DNA of 64,000 nt from Anthoceros angustus (GCA_010909165.1 MU008153.1:496001-560000), one strand, 5' to 3'; shown: positions 1 through 11,097, counted from the stretch's first letter. Program-made: numbers and translations. The notes: generated from the sequence alone by a model not told the origin.

Positions 1-120
1 CACCAGGCAGGTGCCAAGAAACAGGTTACGAGGAATGCCACTGCGCAACACATCAAAGTGCACCTGAAAGGAGTCTCAGGCATACATGCATATTCCCAGC
101 ACGCTCATAACATCTCTACC
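1..120 (-). pseudogene. PLS-class PPR gene remnant (cut by window start)
   Basis: Reverse strand reads HFDVLRSGIPRNLFLGTCLV, the same sequence as 25118-25237. Confidence 0.65.
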
Positions 121-482
121 AGAAATCTGTAAAGCCAGGAGACGATTGGTACAGTTGGTACAGTCGTAGGACTCCTGCGGCCTCAGAAAGCTTCCCAAGC
201 TGCCACCAGGTGCTCACAGGTACAGCCGTAACGACGCACATTTCCGACCCTGCACGTCTGCCACGTTCAAGCTTATCCTGAGAGCTGGACTTGGAAGGAA
301 AGGCACCATGACCCATCTGCAAACCCACAAGCTTGAAGGGCTTGCCACAGTTTCAGCATAGTGCAAAATGTAGACAGAAATAGCAGAGTCTGTCTGCGCC
401 AGAGATTCCAGGGCTCCAACGGCCTCAGAAAGCTTCTCATATTGACAGAACAAGCTCACGGTTCCCGATCCTGCACGCCTGC

Positions 483-760
483 CAGGTTCAGGCTTATCCC
501 GGTAGCTCGACACGAAAGGAGAGGCACCATGCCCCATCTGCACATCCAAGGAGACGAGCTGCTTGACCCAAGCTGGCTTAAAACGATGTGTGACTGCTGA
601 CGCTGGATGTCAGGCGGACGGAACTCTTCGTGTCTCTTCTGACCCCCAAAGATGCACAGGAATGTAAGAAAAAAATTATGTCTGGATACATAGATCCACC
701 GCACGTCGCCGGGATAGCTTGAATCCCGACCAGAGGGTTGATGATTTTGCGCTCTACCAA
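483..760 (-). mobile_element. ~280 bp small element with a tRNA-Lys-like head and inverted repeats (SINE- or MITE-like)
   Basis: Minus strand GGTAGAGCGCAAaatcatcAACCctcTGGTCGggaTTCAAGC aligns to tRNA-Lys. GGTTCAGGCTTATCCCGG (485-502) is an imperfect inverted repeat of CCGGGATAGCTTGAATCC (709-726). An inverted copy lies at 18798-19265. Confidence 0.5.
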
Positions 761-766
761 CAAGGA

Positions 767-1860
767 CAACAACTTTATTTATTCCACCGATGATGGAAGT
801 GCTCTGATTGAACACATATAGAGACAAAATATATACATCTAAACTAAAGAGACAAGACGGTGTAAGATGGAAAAAAGGGAAGGAAAGCTATAAGAGGCAA
901 AACAATTGTAAAGAGTTCAACTAGGTCTGCCGAAAATCAAAAAGCTCAGAGAGACATAGGCCAGTGAGCTTCGTAATATGAAACGAGAAGAATCTACGCA
1001 AGGAAAAACCAGCACACTTAAATAGAAGAGTGTATACAGCGAGCCCGAATAGGAGCATAGACATGGCAATAGAAGAGGAAGTGTGATTTAGATTCAGGGT
1101 CAAGGGAGCAGAGCTTGCAAATACGGGCAGCTTGGGGTGGTGTGGACTTAAGCCAACGGTTGGTCTCGATTCGGAGGTAGTGGGAGCTAACACGGAATTA
1201 ACCGATAAGAGTGCGGAGCTTGAAGGAGAGAGGGAATTGAGGTAACATGGTAGGGGTGGAACCTAGAGGGGATTGACACGAAACTCCTCCTAGTAGAAAC
1301 GGAGTTTGGACATTAGGGAGGGCAAATGAAAGGGGAACCAAGTGAGACGAAGATATCTTAATTTAAGGTCCCGCCGGATGAGGTGGTTGGGAGGGAGATG
1401 AGAAAGGGGAAGGGGGAGAATGGGGAGTTGGCCAAACCGGGAGTCTAAGGGGTGCAAATTTAAGCCGTTTAAGCCAAGCAACTGCTTGGGAGAGCCAAGA
1501 AAAAGAAGCTTGGGAATCAACATTGAGCCGAAGGAAGCGAGAAGACCTGTAGGCAAGGAGATGATAAGCGGCCGGGGAGGGGGGGAAGGGTTAACAATGT
1601 CAAGGAGGAGGAGGCGGTAAAGAAAACAAGAGAGGCAAAAGAGGCCATCAAGTTCAAGGGGTAAGGTAGAAAATTCAGAAAGGAGGATAGGTAAGGGGTC
1701 GAACGCTTACAGGCAATGTGAGCACGGAGAAAGGAGCTTTGTACTTTTTCCACCTTAGCCCAAGAGGAAGAGGATGATGGTAATTGTGGGAGTGAAAATA
1801 GGGTCACCCGACTTTTCTGCATTTAGATATGGCCAAACAATGTGTTGAAGGGTAAACAAT
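767..1860 (-). mobile_element. 5'-truncated non-LTR retrotransposon (LINE) 3' end with AATAAA-(GTT)n tail
   Basis: Reverse strand encodes SSSWAKVEKVQSSFLRAHIACKRSTPY, a post-RT LINE ORF2 region, and ends AATAAATAAAGTTGTTGT. Homologous to the plus-strand copy at 13845-14161 plus 17917-18795. Confidence 0.8.
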
Positions 1861-2061
1861 ACATCGTTTTCTATATACAAATTAAATGCACTTTTTTTAC
1901 ATTAAAATATTTAAATTATATATAAAGAATGATATATAATAAGTACTAAGATTAAAAATAGGGCACTGAGTTATGTTGACACTGAGATTATGTCACAAAT
2001 TAATATTATATTGTAGCCGCCCAATGGTCATCCGTAGCGGCTCTAGCTCAATCGATAGTCA

Positions 2062-2092
2062 AAACATGGTAATTCTGTAAGGAGGTTAATAT
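2062..2092 (+). repeat. Left terminal inverted repeat (31 bp)
   Basis: AAACATGGTAATTCTGTAAGGAGGTTAATAT. CATG at 2065-2068 may be a target duplication rather than part of the TIR. Confidence 0.85.
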
Positions 2093-2259
2093 GCACCATG
2101 GGGGTTTTCTGCCTTTTATTCGGCAATGAGGGTTTCCAATGGGTCTCCATTTAGGGTTTTGAATCGTGTGGTCCAAAAATGCCTCAGAAAATAGGGTGTT
2201 CATCTGCCGTGCACACAAATTTCGTGTATCGATGTAGGAGGCAAAGGGTTTTGATAACC

Positions 2260-5200
2260 CCTCATACATCCATTTGGCTCCATTTCGGACCCGGATGGGA
2301 CGACCGTTTGTGCAGGTGATGATGAAGACCGATGAGCAAAACCCGGCAACTCAGCGCGAAAAACATGGTGCGCGGGTCCTTTTCCATTAAGTACAACTCT
2401 CGCCTGCCGTTAGTACAATGGTCCAGGGTCAATGTCGGGCCCTGCTCGGAAAACACAATTAATGTCGTTCTAGAGCGGCCGACCGGCGCCCTCTTCACTC
2501 CTCGTCCATGGACACCCTTTGACCGTGTGTAATTGTGGCCCCATTGTACACGCGAAGAGAAATAGTGTTCCCCACTTGCTGGGGTGAACCGTAACATGCA
2601 AAAGAAGTCACATCGAGTGAGGATCGGCCTATGGACATACAAACAACGTTCTGGTTTGGTTAACGCTTCGTCTGCAATGCGTCTTGCACATGAACACCAT
2701 CTTCTGTCGATGTCTCGTCGTATGGATTTGTCGCTATGCTTAGGAAGGCTGGTTTCCACGCTGGTCTTTGTAACTGCATAATAATGACAGAACTTGGCGG
2801 AAGACAACGGTTTTCTGGTTAAGTGCGGGCTGGGAAAAATAGCCTTCCACGGACAATAATGAATTTGGAGAATCTATTGAAACTTATTGAGAGGAAGGGA
2901 AGAAAAACGTGTCCACATAAGACAAAACATCTTGGCAGATGTTCATGAACTCCGTCGTCTCGAATTACCATCATCATCGCAAGGCTCGCATCACCACCAC
3001 TATCTTCACTATCTTGGGCCACTTTGGCTAGTCGGTATGAAGCGCAATTCATTTAATTTTAGTCGATCGCCTTCTTGTCCACAGATATAAATGTTTGCGA
3101 GCATTCAAGTTGAAACCATAATATATGATCACGTTTTGTTCACAAAAACCTTTTATGCGTTTTGTGCAAATTAGCTTTCCTCCTTTTTCCCCGATTTTCA
3201 CACTGGGTCCCTTCATGTCGGATTATAAATTCTTCAACATACCTTCCTTCATACGCATCCGTGCTCGGTCATGTACCAATGAGCGACAAAGTGAGGATCC
3301 GGTGCATCTAAGTGAACATCAATGACCCCGCCAATCCAAAACGGCTCAGCCGTGGTGTGGGGACGCAATGAACATGTCTTTCCTTATTTCCGCAATGTCA
3401 CCATTCAACCGCAGTTTCTTGTTCTTGTCTAACAACGGTTTGATATGCACCAAGGTACATATCCGTTGGGGAAGGTCCCTGAGTAAAGCCTCCTCTAGCA
3501 ACGCCTCATCAGGCACGTGGAGAAGCTCTGTTTCTTCAACTTCATCCGAAAACCACTTCCATGCGTCCTGGAGTGCGAGCCCTATATTATTCTCCACAAT
3601 AACGATCTCCTCTTGGTCCACCCAAAATTCTTCCCACCATTTATATTCCTCTGCGGTGACATATGGTCTAAGCGAGAGGCCCTCCTTCAAGTGAGCCACA
3701 CCTCGGTTGGGGATAACCGACGATGTGCCTTTCTTATCACGGCACGAAGGGATGTCACCGCGGTTAAGTCATGGATGGGACAAACTTCAAAAACTCCAAA
3801 CCGGCTTCCGCTTTCCCATTGTGGCGATGTCGAATATTGTTTGCTTCTAATGATCACAAGGCCACGGTCGTTTTCTTCTCTTGTAATTTTGAACTGCCGG
3901 AATGACAGTTGTTCAATTTCGCATCATACTATGCTTGCCCATCCCCTTGTCGAACGGCCAAACATAGGAGCGGAAGTCTGGAACCTCCGTTAATACCTTC
4001 ACCGTGTTGGAGTGTACGCCTCTTTCAAAATTGCCGCCAATGCGGGAGAGTATGAGCTTCCCTGTTTCAAGCTCTTTGAAAACATGAAAACATTTGGTCA
4101 ATTTGATCATGAGTATGTCCAACGAGAAGAAACCCCACCTTTACTTTCTCAAAAGTTCCCATATCCACTAACATGTTCGGATATGCAAAAGAAGTTGATT
4201 CTTGTTCTCCGACAAGTGTTGTCCAATTGCAAGTATAAAACCTTCTAATACTCCTCGTAGTTGTGTATCACATCCTGTATAATGTTGATAGTCAAATTGG
4301 CGTCATTTCTCAAATTTGTAATGCAAGAAGGCCCTCGTTTATACGTGTAGTTGTGAATCATACACCCAACTACGTGGGCGAGATGCGGGACTCCTCATCC
4401 AGTTCTTGACCACCTCAAAAGTGTGGTACCTCGCTTTTCTTGGTCCATCCCATCTATAGATGTAATATGTACTTATGCGGATCTCGTAACTTTTGCTCTG
4501 TGTTTGGCCATCTTCGTCTGCTCGTGCAAAAGACACGACGGCCCAAGCGACCGATATTTCATTACAAAACAAGAACTTCACGAGTCGGTTTCAAAATCCA
4601 TTCTTTGCAAACACTCTAGTCATGCCCTCTCATTTATCATTACACATATACTTCACATGAGGGCGGATTTTGGTGTAGGTGGGAGCCAAGGTCGGTGCTT
4701 ATGGAGTTCCACCCAAGGGTTTCCGTGGTAGGACATAGGGGCGCCGGCCGGCGCCACTCTCTTGTGATATAAGGGGCGCCGGCCGGCGCCACTAGTGTCA
4801 TGACATTGGGTGGGGGCCGTGGCTCCTGTGGAGGAGGAGGAGGAGGAGGAGGAGGAGGGGAGGGTAGTGCAGGCAACTAACCATCCCAGGTCGGACGCCT
4901 CTTGTGATATAAGGGGCGCCGGCGCCACTCTCTTGTGATATAAGGGGCGCCGACCGCTTAACCAAACCTCCATCCAAGAAGGCGCCCAAACCTCCAAGCG
5001 ACGGCACCGACACCTAGGACCAAGACACCACGACAAACCGCAGTAGTTCACACAAAAAGGTTAGAAAGGACATGCGGAGGAACAAGAGTGCCCAGACCTT
5101 GATCGACCTTCCGTGTTGAGTTCCGTATAGTTGTCTTCAATCGCAGCGAGCATGTCGAGAACCGGTTTGACTTTGGGATCTTCACTCTGTAGTTGCATTT

Positions 5201-6600
5201 CCATAGCTTTAAGAACCACGCGTAGGTGACATATCCGAGCCCGACCTTTCGCACTCTCGTTTGTATAGCAACCATATTTCTAATTTTGTATGCGTGTCGG
5301 AAGATTGAAAACCTCCACATTTGGGAGCCTCTCACCATGTACATAAAAGTCTCCATCCAAGCTATGGCCCTAGCGCATGGAGCTGTATGGGTTTGTTCGA
5401 AACCATCCACGGTGAGTTCGAAGAACTCTAGCCTTCAACTCCTCATACCGGATGTGTCCCACACAATAAACCCTTAAAGCCTTGAGACAACATCGTGTCG
5501 GAACACTCCCATAACATGAGTGACAACTTTTCCTTTATCATTGGTCCCTGTCGCGATGGACTAGAGGCGAAGGAATGTCCCGCTTCGCACATTCTTATGA
5601 ATCTATACCGCTCGAAATCTTTCTTTCGTCAATTTACAAGCACATCGATTGCAACAAGGTTTCCGAGTCAGCTGTTACAATGTCCACTTCACTCTTCCTC
5701 AACACGCTGCGCCCGTCTTGACATAACGCAGACGAGTCCTTCGACGTCTGCAATGTCTCGCTCAAAGGTTTGGTGAAACGATCTTTGCACATCATCCTCC
5801 GGAGGTGATTGGAAGTCGCTCGATGGGACCTCTATCGGACCTCTAGCACCTCGGGACCAGGTTTGTTCTGCCTTCGCATACCCATCGCCATGAACAAGCC
5901 ACGGCGGGCAATCGTGCGAACATCAGGCATCCCTTCAACCCCAACTCTCCTCGCTAGAGGGCTGCCGTCAAAATGGCTGCGTACAAGTTCAGGTTTCTTG
6001 GCATCATCGGAACATCATGCGGCATACTTGGTGAAGACAACTCCCGACGTCGGCGTCTATCCCCTGCACAAGTGATATCCAATACTGACTTCCCACAGTA
6101 TGCTATAGCGGACTCTTCCAAGCCCCTTAACACACTAACCTTGCGGAGGATGGCGAGGCAGAGGTGGCGGAGGGTTCAAAAGATCAAGCCTCCTCGCCCT
6201 TTTCTGGGAGTCCGCTACAGGCCCCAAGTATCGGGAGGGTTCTTCTACATAAGCCGATGCCTGCGTGCAAATGTGCATTTGCCGGGTTAACAGCAGCTGG
6301 TGATAGCACAAATGAATCAGACATGACACAGTCGGGTGCACTTTCCACTCACGTCCTCCATATCGTCTGTGTGTGTCGCGCGCAACATTGCCGGTAGTCG
6401 AAGTCGTCGACAAGTCCTGCTTGGTAGACTCCTTGCAAACAGAAATGGTTGGTAAGTGTGGTTTGCGTCGAGCGCCGACTTAGTACCCACGCCTACGGCA
6501 CGCGACTTCATTGCACATAACGGCGAGGAAATCCAATGAGGCAGCGGATATCGCACCGCCACGGATAAGAATAACTTACCGCGAATCGATGGATAAGTCA
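2260..6600 (-). CDS. DDE-type transposase (Sola-like/DUF7869-like), multi-exon, frameshifted in this assembly; ends approximate
   Basis: Reverse-strand motifs in the expected order: WFLKLWKCNYRVKIPKSNRFSTCSLC (~5140-5230), SIDGMD(Q/E) (4440-4460), LYLQLDNTCR..ENKN (~4195-4240), FLLVGHTHDQIDQMFS (~4088-4135), EEYKWWEEFW (~3620-3650). Probable intron at about 4600-5097 (donor GATCAAG|GTACC in unit 2). Confidence 0.75.
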
Positions 6601-6729
6601 CAGTGTCATAAATACATGCATAGGAGAATAAGGTCCACTTAACTACCAGCCTTTCACACGACATCAGGGTTTCTAACTTTGGTTAACGTGGTGAGCGGTA
6701 ACCCTAATCTGGTCCAGGGGTTAAGAGTC

Positions 6730-9700
6730 CCTTATGGTAACGGTGTTCCACTCAACCTGCCTGCGCACTGGTAACGCCCACACCATGAGAGAGGCCTCCA
6801 TCGGTGTGTGGCGGGCGTGTGTGAAGGAGGGACCTACGGTGTGCGCCTTTGCAAAGAGCGTGTTCCGTGTCAACGGTGCACAAGGCATCCTGCGGCGAGA
6901 ACTCCACAATTTCCATTCAAGCCCAATTTGTGAGTGATGCAACTTTGTTTTCAGGTAGCTCAATTCGGGCGGGCCTGTGCAGGTGAACGATGGCAAGCGG
7001 ACGACGGAGCAAGAAGGATTTGGCGGCGCCGGTGACCTCCTCCCAAGTAAGAAATCCAGGCGGGGAGTAGCGGGCGGCTAGTGCGGAGGGACTTGGGAAA
7101 GGCAGCGACCATCGCGTGATGCGATGGAGGTGGTGAGCAAGCCAAGGGTGGGCATGCATCGGGCAAGCGAAATCCGCTGGCGGCGTCTGCGAAGGCCGAC
7201 AACGGTGGAAAGAGGGGAGCTGGAGTGGAGAAGTCACAAAAGCCTCGGCGCTGTGCCGCCATTCCTTCGCCTTCACCTACGAGGAGACTGTGATCATTCG
7301 GGCTCGAATGCTCGGATGGATCCTGTCAATGCTTGAGAAAGATTGGATGGTGACACGGGATGCGAGCGAGGATGAGAACGCTCGGACTCCACTGTTGAAA
7401 TTGTGGATCATGGGTTATGGGAGCATTGCCTAACCAAAGAGCGAGGGCTGGATGGGTAGTATGGGCGACCCTGGACATGGACGAGAAGAACCCGGTGTTC
7501 ACGTTGTTTTGCACAACAAGGCCTCAGGAGTTTGACGCAGTGATTCAAGACCCTCAAATGTATAGGGCGTATGAGCTCAGCGTCCTTGGGTTTCATGCTA
7601 AGAAATGTGGTCCTCCTGAGCTTGTCGAGGTATTTCGGGAAGCAATGCGGCAACCGACTGTAAGCAGATATGCCATTGACATGTAAATTTTGTTTTGTTC
7701 GGTTGTGTCACCGCTTGCCCTCCGATTTGCATCATGTTTGCTTTCGCAGCCACCCTGTAGGAAGAGCTCTTATCGATCACAGTGGAAAGGTGTCGGATCT
7801 TGTTGTAGCACACAGTGCGTATTGTCTATGAGGAGGCGAGAGAGCAGCACAGAGGATGATGCAGATAGTGAAGATGCGATAGTGAGACCATCCGACGAGG
7901 ATGATGGCCCGATCCTGTGCCGGGTCATTCAGATGGAGAAGGGTCAGCGACCAAGACGAGGATAGGGATGCAGAGGACATCATGAACTTTGCGACCTTGT
8001 TCCTACCGTCCGCATCGATGCGGATGACAATCGGGCGGCCGGCCGGCCGGCCGGCGCCCAGCGGATGGGGAAGACGATGACCCCAAACCCAAACCGGTTT
8101 GTCCGGGCCTGCTGGGGAGATGGACTAGGCGGCCGGCGGCGCCCCTGCCATTCACGCCCAAGAAGGAGGAGGCGGCCGGCCGGCCGGCGCCTGTGAGCGG
8201 AAGAGGAGCCAGGCGATGTGGTGGAGCGAGGTGGAAGCGAAGAGAGCACCTACGGATGTCTCGCCGCTGGACGAGCAAATGGCGATGTGGCGCAGTGGGA
8301 AGAAGAAGTCAAGAGAGATGGAGGAAAAGGGGACCATCCGGAAAACATTGCCACTGCTCATGTTCGACGAGGAAAAGGCTGGAGGATGCTATCGAGATGC
8401 AGACCCTTTGACACGAATTCGGGACTCGGCTTACTCCAAGAAGGTGGTTCGTGAAACAAGATTAGTGAAGTGGAGAATTTGAAACCAAAGATCCCATATT
8501 ACACCGGATGCGCAGATAAGGAGAGTGGACGAGGCATGGGCAAATTATTTGGCTCGTGTAATATCGAAGGGAAGGATTGAGGAGGGCGTGTTGCCTCTCC
8601 TTTGCATGATCGACCCGACGAGTGTGACAACCTCAAGTTGGACCGGAAAAGGTTCGAGAAGAAATATGTTATGGGCGTTCTTGGTGGGAACCATACCTTT
8701 GCAGCCATGAAACATTTGGCGATATATCTCGAGGAAAACACGCTTCCAATATGTGGAAGCTCATGTCGATTGTAAATGCGAGCATCGGCAATGCACACAA
8801 TACGATGTCAGACAAAAGGAAGAAGATGTCCTTCATTGAGCAGGTCAGGTACTTGAGGGACGAACTACTTATTGCCGGCGAGATGATGTCCAGATGACCA
8901 TGAATTGGAAATTCAACCTATACCGTGTATTGGGCTTGATTGAGGACGACGGAGGTCGGAAGACGATGTTTACAAGCGAATAAGGTGGACAATCGGACCC
9001 ACATCTTATGCAAAGCAGAGGGAAGGTTTGGGACAACGTGGATCGAATATTTTCAAAATGGGAGGCTGGAGAATTGCCGGAGCAGAAAAAACATGTTCCT
9101 GCCGGAACAAGTAAGAAGGGCAAAGGCAAACGGAAGGTACAAGAGGAGGCTCAGGTTGTTGACACTGTTACGTGAAGCCGAAGGATATGCTAGCAAAGCC
9201 GTGGAAATCGTTCCAAGGGATTCCAGCTGGAGAGTGCGGTCAGCGGATACTCATCAGCGCGACCGAGAAGGTGTTGACAGGTATTATCGACCTAAAAGGT
9301 ATGGATGAGGAGATTACCTTACGGAAGAAGTTTCATGTTATACAAGTGGCTATGGTAAAACACTTGGGCTGCTCATCATTCGAAGAGGTTAGGCTGGAAT
9401 ATCCTTTGCATTCGACCGAAATGATAGCTCGGTTCAGACGGCATTGGGAAGGTGTGCCATACTACCCATCGTTTTCTAATTCTCTCATATGTCGTCTGTT
9501 ACAAACCCTAACGTTCTTGCGGCGCCGGTGGAGGCCACTTCCACATGTGATGTGGGGACCGAGTTGCACGGCCACCGGCGCCAGATCCACTCCATAGAAC
9601 GAGAGGGCGCCGGCCGGCGCCTCACCCCTTGAGATCTACGGGTGCATAATGTTTCACCGCACACTGTATGCACTTACTCGTTTTGCCTGCAAGAATTGAA

Positions 9701-10960
9701 GGATATAGACAACTTGCGAAAATGCCGGAGGACTTTAAGAATTTCATTTTCGAGATCAATAATTGGAAGAGTTTGGAAGACGAGCAATGACGGGCATGTG
9801 ATCTTCATGAAGGGCTGCACATTTTACCGCTCCTGATGAGAAGGAGGTTCATTACCAAGTGGAGAAGCGAGATATTCTGGAGATGCGGGGCTACCTTCGG
9901 GTGAGTTAGTCATGGATGTGCCCAGAGGCTTTGATATTGGGCCTATGGACAAACGGATGGATGCGACTATGTTGAGTACATTTTCAGCAGTTTCATGAGA
10001 AAACTACAAGCGAACTTCCGCATGATTGTCATGCATGGAGTGGAGGAAGCCCACACAGAATCGGCGCGCAGTGGTGTAAGAAGGGTGGCACAGTGTCTTT
10101 CGTGTGGGATAAAACTAACATGAGCAATGATAGGGGCGGATTTGAAGCGATGGAGTATGTGACCGCTTGATGGGGCTTGAAAGATGGGTGTTCAAAGGAT
10201 CGAGCTCGATGATGCCGAATGCCATGCATGGCACTTTTAACAATGGGAGGTCCGTCATAGGCCATGACATGGTAAAGAAGGTGTACTTGTCCCATGACAA
10301 GTTGGTGGTATGCCCATACCAAAGGCCTCTTGGGCTGATGAAATTGATCAAGACCTTCTCAAAAGAAGGAGGCGGGTGGTGGACGCATGCTCGGTGGCAC
10401 AACCAGCAGCCTTGCTGTGGAAGAATCAGACGCCATCGGCGGACTTACGGTGCCGGATACATCCCCAGATCCATCCACGGATCGAGGTTCTCCGGATCAA
10501 GAAGAGCTTACCTTGAGCCCCATCGCAGGCCCTTCGCAGCCTGGGCAAAGGAGGTTTGTATAAGTGAAAAGGATTGTTCAAAGGCCCAAGTTGTTTCTTT
10601 GAGTGCCGGAGGATGAAGAGAGCGAATTGGTGTTGAGGAAGGACAACGCTGGATACCATATGGCAACCTCCCACGTCGTCGGCAGGTCCAAGCGCGGAGG
10701 TTAACAACGGCGACAACGCTTTGGGTGAGAATGACAGACGAAGAACTGGAGCGATACGAAACCTAGCTGTAGTTTTAGATTCTGCTTCGGGGCCCGTTGA
10801 GACCCGAATAGCCCGCATGAGTAACCGGATCCAATGTATTAGGATTCCGACATAAACTTCATTATGCCATGTGTCTATCGGTGCCATTTTGCGAAGTGCA
10901 CATTTAAAACGTCCCTCTTCCATTATGGCCATCTGTGCGCGCCAGCCGCGCTGCACTGTC
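6730..10960 (+). CDS. ParB/Srx-like domain plus beta-class N4C/N6A DNA amino-methyltransferase fusion, multi-exon, frameshifted; ends approximate
   Basis: QIRRVDEAWANYLARVISKGRIEEGVLPLLCMID...KYVMGVLGGNHTFAAMKHL (8511-8720) is ParB-like. Then LVMDVP(G/R)GF (D at 9915), FVWDKTN..GG..EY (10099-10160), CPYQRPLGLM(M)KLIKTFSKEGG.VVDACSG(S)GT (10311-10400). This is the motif IV ... X-I order of beta-class MTases. Candidate introns at 7660-7749 (GTAAGC..TTTCGCAG) and ~9450-9700. Confidence 0.72.
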
Positions 10961-11097
10961 GCTACCGTGTGTATGCCTCAATTGTGTTGTTCATGACTTA
11001 GTCGGGGGCCAAGAATGGTCCATTGTCGAGATGATGGCGTGATTTAGATACCGAGTGATTTTCGTCAAAGGGGTTACGCAACAGGAAGGGGGTTCGT

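Noticed and set aside
4740-4950. Three repeats of ctcttgtgatataaggggcgcc as a regulatory array
   Set aside because: Units 2 and 3 carry only one copy at the equivalent site, so the unit-1 triplication is probably a consensus artefact.
10426-10956. 176-aa minus-strand ORF as a third transposon gene
   Set aside because: It is not preserved as one frame in unit 2, overlaps the 3' end of the plus-strand gene, and has no motif I recognise.
2260-10960. Calling the transposase and MTase genes pseudogenes
   Set aside because: Most frameshifts are at different positions in each unit and often in homopolymers or CG-rich tracts, which points to sequencing error. Intactness cannot be judged here.
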